Source: Chloroflexota bacterium (GTDB lineage Bacteria > Chloroflexota > Limnocylindria > Limnocylindrales > CSP1-4). Taken from it: a stretch of DNA of 55,070 nucleotides. The notes below the pieces were generated by a model. That model did not search any database. It was given only the letters and a program-made list of their open reading frames with translations, and was not told where the DNA came from. This document shows, piece by piece, positions 25,161 through 34,472 of this stretch. The stretch is taken from assembly GCA_034436475.1 (NCBI GenBank), contig DAOTUX010000275.1, positions 1-55,070 of the forward strand. The letters run 5' to 3'. Position numbers and translations under genes: made by a program. How positions within the stretch are numbered: position 1 is the first letter of the stretch; every line of letters starts with the position of its first letter.

Positions 25161-27334
25161 TGGACCACCTCGTCAGTCGGCCAGGTGAAGGAGTTGATGA
25201 CGGCGTCGGCCCACTGGAGCGCGATGCCACGGACCTCCACGCTCGTGCCGTCCTTGAGCGGGAGGGCGACGGGCGTGATGAGCACGGCGGCGGCGGTGAT
25301 CTGGCCATCGGTCGCAGCGACGACCGCGACCGTCATGTCGAGGGTGGGGCCCTGCGATGTGTCGATGGTGCCGCTGAACAGGCCACCGACCCCATCGCGA
25401 TAGCCCAGGATCGCGTCGCCCAGCAACAGCCGTGCCGGTTCGGTGTCATCAGCGAACCCCAGGAGCCGCTTGGCCCACACGTCCTTCTCCGCGCGCACGA
25501 GGGCGTCGGGGGCCCAGTCGGAGGCATTGCCCACGTCGAACAGGAGCGAGATGTTCCCGCCGAGCGCCTCGAGCACCACGAAGCCCGAGTTCTCCCCAGC
25601 GACGGACCAGAGCGTCGGGTCGAACGCGACGGAGAAACCCGTCGCCTCGTCGGTGTGCCGCTGCCAGTCGGCGAACGGATGACGACCATCGACCTGTCCG
25701 GGGGCGGAGGGCGCCTGTGCCTCGAGGGGCCGCGCGAGGCTGGCGCACGGGACCCCCGGGTCGGGGCACGGTGGTTGGTCCCGTCGCTGCCCCTGGGAGA
25801 ACGCGACCAGCGCAGCGATGAGCACCGCGCCCAGGAGCAGGAGCGCGAACAGCGCGAGCGTCGCCCGCTGGTCCAGCCAGCCGCGTCTGCGAGGGGTCGT
25901 CACGGACGCGACCGCCGCGCCGCCCGCGAGCGCGGTCGCGACGCCGGTGGGCGCACCGGTGATGTCCGGCGCGGCCGGGGTGGTGACGTGGGGCGGCCGC
26001 ACGTCGCCCACAGCCTCGCGACTCGTGATCGTCGATCGCTGGCGCGAGCGGGGCAGCGCCTTGAGGGACACACCACACTCTGCGCAGTACGTGTGGTGGG
26101 GCGTCTCCTTGCCACACTCCGGACACACGATCGGCGGGCCGATGGGGAACTCATCCGCCTCCTGGAGCAGACCCACATGGATGACCCGTCGCAGCCACAG
26201 GAGCGCGACCGCGGCGACGACCGCCACGACGACCAAGGCGAGGATCTCGCCCATGAGGTCGTTGGCCAGCAGCGCCTCCGCCGTGGCCGCGATGACCAGG
26301 AACAGCGCGGCGAGGACGAACGCGACGACCGGCTGGCCGACGGGACCCAGACGATGACGGTCCTTGACGGGCGCGCGGTAGCGCAGCCAGAGCGCCCCCC
26401 CAAGGCCACCCAGGGCACCAGCCGCGATGACTGGCGCGCCGACACCGAGCACCAGCAGCCGGAAGACCCATGGCACCGGGTCGCCCGCCGGTTGGAGGCC
26501 GGATGCGAACAGGCTCGCGGCGCTGACCAGCGTCTGGGCACCCACGAACGCCACGCCCGAGGCGACACCGAACGTGGCGCCATCCAGGACGTCGTTGAAG
26601 CGCCGATACGGCAGCAGGACCAAGGGTCCGGCGATCATGATCACGACCGAGACGATGGGTGCCGCCACCGCATGCACGAATGGGAACGGGGCGCCACCCG
26701 AGCCGCCGCTGATGGCGGACGTGCCGGAACCCACCACATCAGCGATGGTGATGGGGAACCAGTGCTGGATCGCGTACGCGAACAACGCACCCGTCAGGGC
26801 GCCCCACAGGAAGGTGAGCGCGATGACCCGGATGGGCTCGTCCTCGTAGACGTCCACGTCGTACAGGTAGATGATGGTGATGAGCGGCACGAGCACGGCG
26901 GCTGCCGCGATGGCCACCGGGAAGAAGCCCAGGACGCCCAGCAGCGCGATGAGGATGGTGCCTGCCACCAGCGCCATCTGGAACGTCCGGATCTCCTCGC
27001 GCGGCAGCGACGGGTAGATCGTGGACACCAGCCGGAGGGAGTTGGCGCGCTCCCCGGGGACTGCGGCGTACGTGTCGCGGACGCGGCCGGCGCGTCCCTT
27101 GCGCTGCTCGGGACCCAAGGGGTCACCGCAGCGGACGCAGTAGGTCAGGTTGGGGACCGTCTCACCGCACTGGTCGCACCGGATCGTGGTGGCATCCGCG
27201 GGGCCGGGACCGGCCGCGGGGGTGTTGTCCCTGGGACCCGGCTCGGCTGAGGGACTCGCGTCCGCCGAGCTCGGTGCGACCGGGGGGCTCGCGTCCGCGG
27301 GGCCCGAAGCGTCGTGTGGTGCTGGATCCTCCAC
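25157..27334 (-). CDS. Polytopic membrane protein with a PrsW-like core, two zinc-ribbon motifs and a C-terminal extracytoplasmic domain
   Basis: GGGAGG lies 5 nt before GTG 27334. Zinc ribbons CDQCGETVPNLTYCVRCG and CPECGKETPHHTYCAECG. PrsW-like motifs YLYDVDVYEDEPIRVIALTFLWGAL and FNDVLDGATFGVASGVAFVGAQTLV. At least 8 hydrophobic helices. Confidence 0.65.
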   Translation of the reverse strand: MEDPAPHDASGPADASPPVAPSSADASPSAEPGPRDNTPAAGPGPADATTIRCDQCGETVPNLTYCVRCGDPLGPEQRKGRAGRVRDTYAAVPGERANSLRLVSTIYPSLPREEIRTFQMALVAGTILIALLGVLGFFPVAIAAAAVLVPLITIIYLYDVDVYEDEPIRVIALTFLWGALTGALFAYAIQHWFPITIADVVGSGTSAISGGSGGAPFPFVHAVAAPIVSVVIMIAGPLVLLPYRRFNDVLDGATFGVASGVAFVGAQTLVSAASLFASGLQPAGDPVPWVFRLLVLGVGAPVIAAGALGGLGGALWLRYRAPVKDRHRLGPVGQPVVAFVLAALFLVIAATAEALLANDLMGEILALVVVAVVAAVALLWLRRVIHVGLLQEADEFPIGPPIVCPECGKETPHHTYCAECGVSLKALPRSRQRSTITSREAVGDVRPPHVTTPAAPDITGAPTGVATALAGGAAVASVTTPRRRGWLDQRATLALFALLLLGAVLIAALVAFSQGQRRDQPPCPDPGVPCASLARPLEAQAPSAPGQVDGRHPFADWQRHTDEATGFSVAFDPTLWSVAGENSGFVVLEALGGNISLLFDVGNASDWAPDALVRAEKDVWAKRLLGFADDTEPARLLLGDAILGYRDGVGGLFSGTIDTSQGPTLDMTVAVVAATDGQITAAAVLITPVALPLKDGTSVEVRGIALQWADAVINSFTWPTDEVVQ

Positions 27335-27536
27335 GTTGCCTCCCTGTCGCGCCTGAAGCGAGCCTGTGGCGATGGGACAGGCGCGCGGGCCGCATTGTCG
27401 CATGGCGGACCGCGCGCGGGAAGCCGCAATGCCGGTGATCAGGACGCTGTCTGATCGACGATCGGGTCCATCCGGTGCGCGAGCGTAGGCCCGGCAGTTC
27501 CCGGCTGGCGGCGCCGGGGCGCTACCATCGGCGGCC

Positions 27537-28325
27537 ATGCTCGAACCCGTCGCCCATCCGGGGCCCGCCCCGGACCCCACACCCGAAGCCTCCGCGACCG
27601 ATTCGCCCACCTCCATCAGCCGCGGCCGACCGTCCTACTCCTGGAGGTACGGCCAGGACCGTCGGCTTGCCATGGTCGGCGCGTGGGTCGACCTGGATGG
27701 CGCGCGCATCCTCGACATCGGCTGCGGCATCGGGACCTACGTGCGCCGGTTCCGGGCGTTCAGTGACGAGGTCTACGGTGTCGAGGTGGAGGAGGACCGC
27801 GTCCGCGAGGCCAGCCTGGAGTTGCCCAACATCCAGGTGGCGCGTGGCGAGGCCCTGCCATTCCTGGACCAGTCGTTCGACCTGGTGTTCTCGAACGAGG
27901 TCATCGAGCACGTGGACGACGACCGACGGACCATCGCGGAGGCCGTCCGGGTCACCCGCGTGGGCGGTCACATCGTGACGTTCGCCCCCAACCGGCTGTA
28001 TCCGTTCGAGACCCACGGGGCGTACCTGGGCGGCCGGTACGTGTTCGGCAACATCCCGCTCGTCAACTGGCTCCCCGACCCTCTCCGGGACCGGTTCGCG
28101 CCCCACGTCCGGGCCTATACCCGACACGGCATCCGGGCGCTGTTCGCGGGGCTCCCGGTCAGGGTGGTCCACCACGGGGTGATCTATCCCGGGTTCGACA
28201 ACATGACCTCGCGTCACGCCACGCTCGGTCCGCTCCTCCGGCGCGCGCTGTACGCAGCGGAACGGACACCGCTCCAGGCGTTCGGGTTGTCCCACTTCCT
28301 GGTGGTCCGCAGGGTGGCCCTGTGA
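27537..28325 (+). CDS. Class I SAM-dependent methyltransferase
   Basis: ARILDIGCGIGTYVRRF (motif I), DEVYGVEVEEDRV, FDLVFSNEVIEHVDDD. Confidence 0.8.
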   Translation: MLEPVAHPGPAPDPTPEASATDSPTSISRGRPSYSWRYGQDRRLAMVGAWVDLDGARILDIGCGIGTYVRRFRAFSDEVYGVEVEEDRVREASLELPNIQVARGEALPFLDQSFDLVFSNEVIEHVDDDRRTIAEAVRVTRVGGHIVTFAPNRLYPFETHGAYLGGRYVFGNIPLVNWLPDPLRDRFAPHVRAYTRHGIRALFAGLPVRVVHHGVIYPGFDNMTSRHATLGPLLRRALYAAERTPLQAFGLSHFLVVRRVAL

Positions 28326-28327
28326 CG

Positions 28328-30418
28328 TCAGGGCGTCGAGACACCTTCCGGCGGTGGCTCGGCAGCCGGGGCGCCGGACCCGTCAGGGGCGCTCGGCGAC
28401 GCCGATGGGTTGGTCAGGGGGGCGGATGCGTCCGGGGGAGTGGATGCCGCCGAGCCGTCGACGGGTGCCGATGCGGACGGGGGCGGCACGGCTGACGTCA
28501 TGGGTGCGGGACTCGGCGTCGCCGAGGGCATCACGGAGCCCTCAGGCGCGTACCACACGTCAATCGAGACCGGTGCGGACCAGTTGCCCGCCACGTCCCG
28601 CCATTGGATGTGGATCGATCGCACGCCCGCGACGAGCGCCGGCGTGGGGGTGGGGCCGCCCGTCGGTGACGGGAGGAGGCCGGGCGACGAGGTCGGCTCG
28701 GGCGTAGCCACAGGCGCGGATTCGTGGGGATCTGACGACGCCCCCGGCGCGGACGCGGATGCCCCCGGCTCGGACGCGGCGGGGGCGGACGCGGCGGGCT
28801 CGGCCGACACAGTGGGCACGCTGGGTGGCCCGCTGGGCCCGGGGGTCACGATCGGGCGCACCCTGGGCGGGACCACGACCGGCCCATCCTCGAGGGACCA
28901 TGCCACACGGTCGGTCGCGGGCCAGGTGCTCCCGTCGACGAGGGCGCCGTCGTCGCCGATGTCCGCGGTGTTGGCGATGCGCACGAAGGCGAGCCCGGAG
29001 TCTCCCTCGTCACGCGCCTCCAGGCGCAGGGTGACATCGCCCGTGACCACGGGCAGGCCCTGCTCGGTGCCCGAGACGCCCTCGGCGATCGAGGCTGTGC
29101 CCGCGGGCGGCGTCGCATCGGCGAGCGCGCCAGTCGCGAGACCGATGACGGTCCACATCCCCGGGAATGCCCCGGTGTACCCGAGCGCCCAGATGCCCAG
29201 ACCGCGCATGCCCTGATCCTGCGCGAAGGCGATCTTGGCGCCGAAGCCGTCGACGTCGTCGTACCACACCTGGCGCCACGTCTCGGGGCAGGTGCCACAG
29301 CCCGGACGCCTGACCACGTACACGGTCCACGCGGTCTGGGCCACCGGGTCGTAGTTGCGACCATGCGCGCGCGCGATCTCGATGGCGTCGCGGTACCAGG
29401 ACGTGGACGCCGGCGTGTATCGCTCGCCGCTCAAGGTGCGCGCGTGCGGCTCGGGGCCCCGCGTCGTCCAGGCGCGGCCGTACCACGGCAGACCCAGGAT
29501 GGCGTGTGCCGGGTCGGCGACCTGGAGCAGCGCATCGACCGTGGTCCGGATGTCAAAACCGGTCTCCGGGTCGTCAAGCGGGCTGTGCGACGCGGCGAAC
29601 TCGGCACTCGCCCCCCGGTAGTCGTAGGCCATGAGGAACACCGCGTCGGCCGCGTCGTCTGCGGTGAGCGCCGGGATGTCATACGCGTCGACGTCCGCGG
29701 TGACGTCGAAGGTGACCTGCATGGAGGGGAGCCCGGCCCGCGTGGTCGCCCGCTCCAGCACCCGGCGCAGCTCCCGCACGAACTGCGTGAACTGCGTGCG
29801 GACCTCCCGCGGCAGCGGTTCGAAGTCCAGGTTGACCCCGTCCGCCCCACTCTCGAGGAGCTCATCCCGGATCTGCCGAGCCAGACGACTCCTGGCCCTC
29901 TTGCTGCGGAGCAGGCGGATGGTCTGGTTGCGCGGCCCCTCCTGCCACGAGAAGCGCTCGATGGTCAGCACCACACGCACGCCCGCGGCCTGCGCGTCGG
30001 CCATGAGCGCGCGCCAGCGCGGGTCGCGCCAACCGGCCGCGCCGGGCGGCACGACACCCCGCTGCTTCCAGACCAGCCGGCCGTTGCGACCCGCCTCCAC
30101 CCCGAACCAAGCGAGCGTGGTCAGGCGACGAAGGTCGATGGCCTCGCGCGCGGTCGCCAGCTCCCAGTACGGCAGGAAGCCGAACACCTCCGTCTCCGCG
30201 AGCGAGCGGACCCGAGGCGCCGATGGCGTGGCGGACACGCCCGGGGTGGGAGTGACACCCGGCACGGGAGGCGCGGCGGAGCCCACCGGTGGGGGCGCCG
30301 ACTGACCGAGGGCGGCACCCACCGACAAGATGGCGCCAAGAAGACCGGCCAGCACTGCCAGCGCCATCCGGGGGGGTCGGGGCCCGGCCGTCACCGGCGC
30401 CCATCCAAGCGAGGACAC
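28328..30418 (-). CDS. Secreted GH18 family glycoside hydrolase with a long Pro/Ser/Ala-rich C-terminal region
   Basis: FGFLPYWEL..., catalytic DxxDxDxE-type motif GADGVNLDFEP, and FLMAYDY. The tail is low-complexity PSGPPSVPTVSAEPAASAPAASEP... An alternative start is ATG 30367. Confidence 0.8.
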   Translation of the reverse strand: MSSLGWAPVTAGPRPPRMALAVLAGLLGAILSVGAALGQSAPPPVGSAAPPVPGVTPTPGVSATPSAPRVRSLAETEVFGFLPYWELATAREAIDLRRLTTLAWFGVEAGRNGRLVWKQRGVVPPGAAGWRDPRWRALMADAQAAGVRVVLTIERFSWQEGPRNQTIRLLRSKRARSRLARQIRDELLESGADGVNLDFEPLPREVRTQFTQFVRELRRVLERATTRAGLPSMQVTFDVTADVDAYDIPALTADDAADAVFLMAYDYRGASAEFAASHSPLDDPETGFDIRTTVDALLQVADPAHAILGLPWYGRAWTTRGPEPHARTLSGERYTPASTSWYRDAIEIARAHGRNYDPVAQTAWTVYVVRRPGCGTCPETWRQVWYDDVDGFGAKIAFAQDQGMRGLGIWALGYTGAFPGMWTVIGLATGALADATPPAGTASIAEGVSGTEQGLPVVTGDVTLRLEARDEGDSGLAFVRIANTADIGDDGALVDGSTWPATDRVAWSLEDGPVVVPPRVRPIVTPGPSGPPSVPTVSAEPAASAPAASEPGASASAPGASSDPHESAPVATPEPTSSPGLLPSPTGGPTPTPALVAGVRSIHIQWRDVAGNWSAPVSIDVWYAPEGSVMPSATPSPAPMTSAVPPPSASAPVDGSAASTPPDASAPLTNPSASPSAPDGSGAPAAEPPPEGVSTP

Positions 30419-30482
30419 GCGCGCACCCTACCCCGAACCGGTGAGATCGTCCTGATGGCGGCGGGCGCGGCGTGTGTGGGGC

Positions 30483-30863
30483 TCAGCGACTGACCGGTCG
30501 CATGGCGTACACCCCGACCACGATGCGCACGCACGGGTCCCGGCACAGCTCCACCCCGATGTCCCCTTGGCGCAGCAGGTCCGCCATGAACCCGGACTCG
30601 CGATGCGGGAGGCCGATCCAAATGGTCCCGTCGGCGGCCTGGATGGGGGTCACGTCATCGGGCTGCCCGTTCAACTCGAAGCGACGACGCAACTCGTGCA
30701 TGGGGACATAGGGCCGGGACTTGATGAAGCGGCGCAACTGCGCCTGGGTGCATCCCGCGGCACGACCATCCGGGCCGCGGCCGTGGGGCGCTCCGGCCTC
30801 CGCCTGCGGTCGTTCCGCCGGCCCGCGATCGTGGGTAGGGTCCTGTGTCGTGGTCGTGTCCAT
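30483..30863 (-). CDS. Hypothetical protein (126 aa)
   Basis: ORF between the M24 peptidase and GH18 genes on the same strand. No family recognised. The segment CTQAQLRRFIKSRPYVPMHELRRRFEL could be a short helix-turn-helix-like region. Confidence 0.4.
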   Translation of the reverse strand: MDTTTTQDPTHDRGPAERPQAEAGAPHGRGPDGRAAGCTQAQLRRFIKSRPYVPMHELRRRFELNGQPDDVTPIQAADGTIWIGLPHRESGFMADLLRQGDIGVELCRDPCVRIVVGVYAMRPVSR

Positions 30864-30960
30864 GTCAGTGTGACGAGGGCCGCCTGGGTGCCGCCCGCGG
30901 GTGCCGATGATAGACCGGGCGCCCCGGACCTGCCCGACCCGCGCCGTCCCCGCCCGTGGG

Positions 30961-32109
30961 TCAGGTGCCGCTGACGATGAGCGGCTCGCGTGTCACCTGG
31001 TTCAGGACGTCGGCGCCCTGCTCGGCGCACACCACGATGTCCTCGATGCGCACGCCGTACCTGCCCTCGAGATAGATGCCGGGCTCCACGCTGAACGCAT
31101 CGCCCACCTCGAGTGGCTGGCTGTTGCCCTCCACGATGTACGGGTCCTCATGACCCTCGAGACCGATGCCGTGCCCGGTCCGGTGGAAGAACGCGGCCCC
31201 GTGGCCGGCGGCGTCGATGACCGCCCGGGCGGCCCGGTCCACGTCCTGCGCGGCGACGCCCGGTCGCACCGCCGCACGACCCGCGGCGTTGGCGTCCCGC
31301 ACCAGGCCAAAGATGCCCCGGAACCCATCGTCTGGGCCCTTCGCGGGGTCACCCCCGGTGACCCACAGCGTGCGCGTGATGTCCGACGAGTACCCCGCGC
31401 GACGCCCCCCGATGTCGAGCAGCAGCGGCTCACCGCCCACGATCGGTCGGTCGTCGGGGTCGTGATGGGGCGACGCGCTCCGTGGCCCGCTCGCCACGAT
31501 CCAGAAGCTCGCGGTGTCATGGCCCTCGTCCACCAGGCGTGCCCGCACCTCGGCCGCGACGTCGGCCTCGGTCCTGCCCACGAGGCGCCCCGCGGCGAGG
31601 CCCATGATCGTCCGGTCGGCCGCCCCGGCCGCGGCGCGCAGCAACTCGATCTCGTCCGCGTCCTTGATGCGCCGGAGCGCGCCCATGACCGGCCCGGCCA
31701 CCTCGAACGCGGCGTGCGGGTAGGTGGCCTGGAGACGCAGCAGGAACGAGGCGCGCAGCGTGTCAGAGACGGCCAGCCGGGCACCCGGGACGTCCGGGAG
31801 CGTCTCCCAGACGTGCTCGTACGGGTCCTCGGACTCCTGCCATGGTCGGACACGCACCGCACCCGCCCCGATGGCGGCGGCCGCCTCCGCCGCGGCCACC
31901 TCGAGACGGGGCACCACGATGGTGGCGTCCCCATCGGAGGGCACCACCAGGAGCGTCAGCCGCTCGAGGGCCTTGGCGTCATACCCCGTGAGCCACTCGA
32001 GCTCCGGGCCGACCCCGATGAGCAGCGCCCGGACCCCGGCGGCTCGTGCCGCGGCCGCGGTGCGTGCCAGTCGGTCGGCGTATCGCGCTGCGGGGATCGC
32101 TCCGCCCAT
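30961..32109 (-). CDS. M24 family Xaa-Pro aminopeptidase/dipeptidase
   Basis: Creatinase-like N-domain, then the pita-bread fold: LLLDIGGRRAGYSSDITRT, HRTGHGIGLEGHEDP, SVEPGIYLEGRYGVRIEDIV. Confidence 0.88.
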   Translation of the reverse strand: MGGAIPAARYADRLARTAAAARAAGVRALLIGVGPELEWLTGYDAKALERLTLLVVPSDGDATIVVPRLEVAAAEAAAAIGAGAVRVRPWQESEDPYEHVWETLPDVPGARLAVSDTLRASFLLRLQATYPHAAFEVAGPVMGALRRIKDADEIELLRAAAGAADRTIMGLAAGRLVGRTEADVAAEVRARLVDEGHDTASFWIVASGPRSASPHHDPDDRPIVGGEPLLLDIGGRRAGYSSDITRTLWVTGGDPAKGPDDGFRGIFGLVRDANAAGRAAVRPGVAAQDVDRAARAVIDAAGHGAAFFHRTGHGIGLEGHEDPYIVEGNSQPLEVGDAFSVEPGIYLEGRYGVRIEDIVVCAEQGADVLNQVTREPLIVSGT

Positions 32110-32558
32110 CAGTCCTCCGCGGGCTCGGTGAGCCAGCGGCGGACCAGCGCGGGGCCGTCCTCGAAGAACTTGCCGTACGAGAACACGCGGAGGGCGCCCG
32201 CATCGAACGCGAGGCCTCGGGTCTCCTGGTCGTCGTGCTGGGCCACGGCGATGACCGGCAGTCCCGTCGCCCGGAGGGCCCTCACCGCCTCCACGCCGTC
32301 GTACCGGTGCCCGAACAGGTCGACGATGGCGCCCACGATGCGTCGCGGGTCCGGGTCCGCTGGGTCCGGCTCCACCGCGAGGGTCGTCTCGAGCGCGACG
32401 GCGAGCTCCTCGTCCGAGCCCATGCGCACCGGGATGGCGCCCGCGCGCTGCACGGCCGCCACCAGGCGCGAGGCCCAGATCAGGTCGTCCGCGACGACCG
32501 CCACATGGGTCCCCGCATCCGCGTCACCCAGATCGATCGCGTCGGGGTCGAACGTCAC
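32109..32558 (-). CDS. Stand-alone response-regulator receiver-like domain protein
   Basis: VAVVADDLIWASRL (acidic pair), AIVDLFGHRYDGVEAVRALR (acceptor-Asp position), PVIAVAQHDD, SYGKFF (Lys position). No output domain. The stop shares one base with the M24 ATG. Confidence 0.55.
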   Translation of the reverse strand: MTFDPDAIDLGDADAGTHVAVVADDLIWASRLVAAVQRAGAIPVRMGSDEELAVALETTLAVEPDPADPDPRRIVGAIVDLFGHRYDGVEAVRALRATGLPVIAVAQHDDQETRGLAFDAGALRVFSYGKFFEDGPALVRRWLTEPAED

Positions 32559-32609
32559 GTGCGTATCGTGCCACGCGCCGGCCCATCCGCGAAGGGCCCT
32601 GGCGCGCCC

Positions 32610-33629
32610 TCAGCCGTCCCGCAGCCAGTCGCACGCCTCGGCGATCCACGCCTCGGTGATGGGTCGTGCGCTCGCCACCGTGTACCACAGGTCGCCCACA
32701 CGGACCGTCTCGGGCAGCGTCTGTAGCGCCGCGGCGACGTCGTCCCACGTGACGCCCATCTCCTCGGGCAGATAGCGGACCCCTATCTGGTCCGCGATGG
32801 CACGGATGCGATCGGGCTCATTGCCCTGGAGGTGACTCATGAGCAGCACGCCCAGCGTGACGGGCTGTCCGTGCAGGAAGTGCCTGCCCGTCAGCCGCTC
32901 CAGGCCATAGAACACGAAGTGCTCGGCGCCCTCGATGTGCCGTGGGTTCCAGCCGGCATCATGGAACGCCGAGCCGCCCCAAGCCAGGGACTCGGCGAGC
33001 GCCCGGATGCCGCCATCGGTCACGTCGTGGATCGCGGCCGCATGGTCGATGACCCGGTCGAGCGCGACACGCGCCTCCGTCACGAGCCGCTCGTCATAGG
33101 GCCAGCGTGCCTCCACGTGGCCCGTGTCCGCCGCCATCCGCCAGTCCCAGTGCGCCGTCCAGTAGCACAGGATGTCTCCCACGCCCGACCGGTTGATGTC
33201 CGCGGGCGCGCTCCTGATCACGTCGTAGTCCACGTAGACGGCCTCGGGGACCGCGTAGCCCACGTAGCGCACCACGCCGTCCACGCGCACGGCCGCGCGC
33301 TGGCCCCAGGCGGCATTGACCGACAGGGCGGTGGGCACCTGGAACAGCGGCAGACGCCTCTGCCACGCCACGTACTTGGCCACGTCGAGCGCCTGGCCAC
33401 CCCCGAGGCCGATGACGGCCCCGATGTCCGGGAGCGTGGCCACGCGTGCGTCAAGGTCCGCGCGCTCCAGGGTGTCCACCAGCCAGGTCGCGGCGCGGCC
33501 GTCCTGGAGGTCCTCCGCGAACCGCGGCCACAGGTCCGCCATCGACACCACCAGGTACGGTCGATGGACGAAGGTACGGAGCTCGGGCACCAGGCCCCGA
33601 CCAAAGACCGTCTGGATCGTGCCCGACAT
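32610..33629 (-). CDS. Iron-containing alcohol dehydrogenase family protein (glycerol-1-phosphate dehydrogenase-like subgroup)
   Basis: GLGGGQALDVAKYVAW, LFQVPTALSVNAAW, INRSGVGDILCYWTAHWDW, EGAEHFVFYGLE...HGQPVTLGVLLMS. Confidence 0.6.
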   Translation of the reverse strand: MSGTIQTVFGRGLVPELRTFVHRPYLVVSMADLWPRFAEDLQDGRAATWLVDTLERADLDARVATLPDIGAVIGLGGGQALDVAKYVAWQRRLPLFQVPTALSVNAAWGQRAAVRVDGVVRYVGYAVPEAVYVDYDVIRSAPADINRSGVGDILCYWTAHWDWRMAADTGHVEARWPYDERLVTEARVALDRVIDHAAAIHDVTDGGIRALAESLAWGGSAFHDAGWNPRHIEGAEHFVFYGLERLTGRHFLHGQPVTLGVLLMSHLQGNEPDRIRAIADQIGVRYLPEEMGVTWDDVAAALQTLPETVRVGDLWYTVASARPITEAWIAEACDWLRDG

Positions 33630-33656
33630 CGTCTGTCTCCTCCCGTGTCGTCGCGC

Positions 33657-34472
33657 CTAGGCGTGGTACGGCAGCCCGCCGCTGATGATGAGATGACTGC
33701 CCGTCACCTGTGAGCCATCTGGCGAGCACAGGAACGAGACGGCGCCCGCGATGTCCTGGGGCGTCTCCAGACGTCCCAGGATGAGTCGCTGACGGTAGGA
33801 GTCCTTGACCATCGCCGCGGTGCTCGCGGTGCGCTCCGCCTCCTGCTCCCACTCGCGCGCCATCATCTCCGTGTCCACGTCGCCGGGCCCCACCGCGTTG
33901 ACGGTCACGTGGGGCGCGAACTCCTGGGCGGCCACCTGGGTGAGCCCGACCACGGCGAACTTGGCGGCGCAGTAGGGCCCGAAGTACTTGGTGGTGCAGT
34001 TGACCTGGGCCACGTACGAGCCCAGGTTCACGATGCGGCCCCAGCCCCGGGCCATCATCGCCGGCGCGAGGCGACGCATGGTCAGGAAGGTGGCCCGGGC
34101 CATGATGTCGAGGTGGCGGTCCCAGTCCTCGTCGGTGCAGTCGATGATGGCCCGGTAGAGCGAGATGCCCGCGTTGTTGACCAGGATGTCGATCCCGCCC
34201 CACGCGGCCTCGGCCGCGTCGCAGATGGCTGCCACCGAGACGCTGGTCGACACGTCCCCCGGCACGGCCACCGCCTCAGCACCCAGCGATCGGATGTGCC
34301 CGGCCGTGCCCGCAGCCGTGGCCGGGTCGAGGTCGTTGACCACGACCCGGCAGCCGTCCGTCGCCAGCCGCAGGGCGATGGCGCGCCCGATGCCTCGACC
34401 GGCACCCGTAACTAGGGCGCGTCGAGGGGGCACGGACGAGGCATCCGGCGGAAGGTGAGCGCCAGGGTTCAT
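33657..34472 (-). CDS. SDR family oxidoreductase
   Basis: ATG 34472 overlaps the upstream permease stop (ATGA). ALVTGAGRGIGRAIALRLA, NNAG, YCAAKFAV (YxxxK). Confidence 0.88.
   Translation of the reverse strand: MNPGAHLPPDASSVPPRRALVTGAGRGIGRAIALRLATDGCRVVVNDLDPATAAGTAGHIRSLGAEAVAVPGDVSTSVSVAAICDAAEAAWGGIDILVNNAGISLYRAIIDCTDEDWDRHLDIMARATFLTMRRLAPAMMARGWGRIVNLGSYVAQVNCTTKYFGPYCAAKFAVVGLTQVAAQEFAPHVTVNAVGPGDVDTEMMAREWEQEAERTASTAAMVKDSYRQRLILGRLETPQDIAGAVSFLCSPDGSQVTGSHLIISGGLPYHA

Noticed and set aside
25655-27250. 531-aa plus-strand ORF
   Set aside because: It is antisense to the PrsW-like membrane protein gene. The translation is rich in Asp/Arg/Glu/Gly, has no motifs, and no RBS context was found.
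30901-32775. 624-aa plus-strand ORF
   Set aside because: It is antisense to the M24 peptidase, the receiver and the Fe-ADH-like genes, all of which have clear family motifs.
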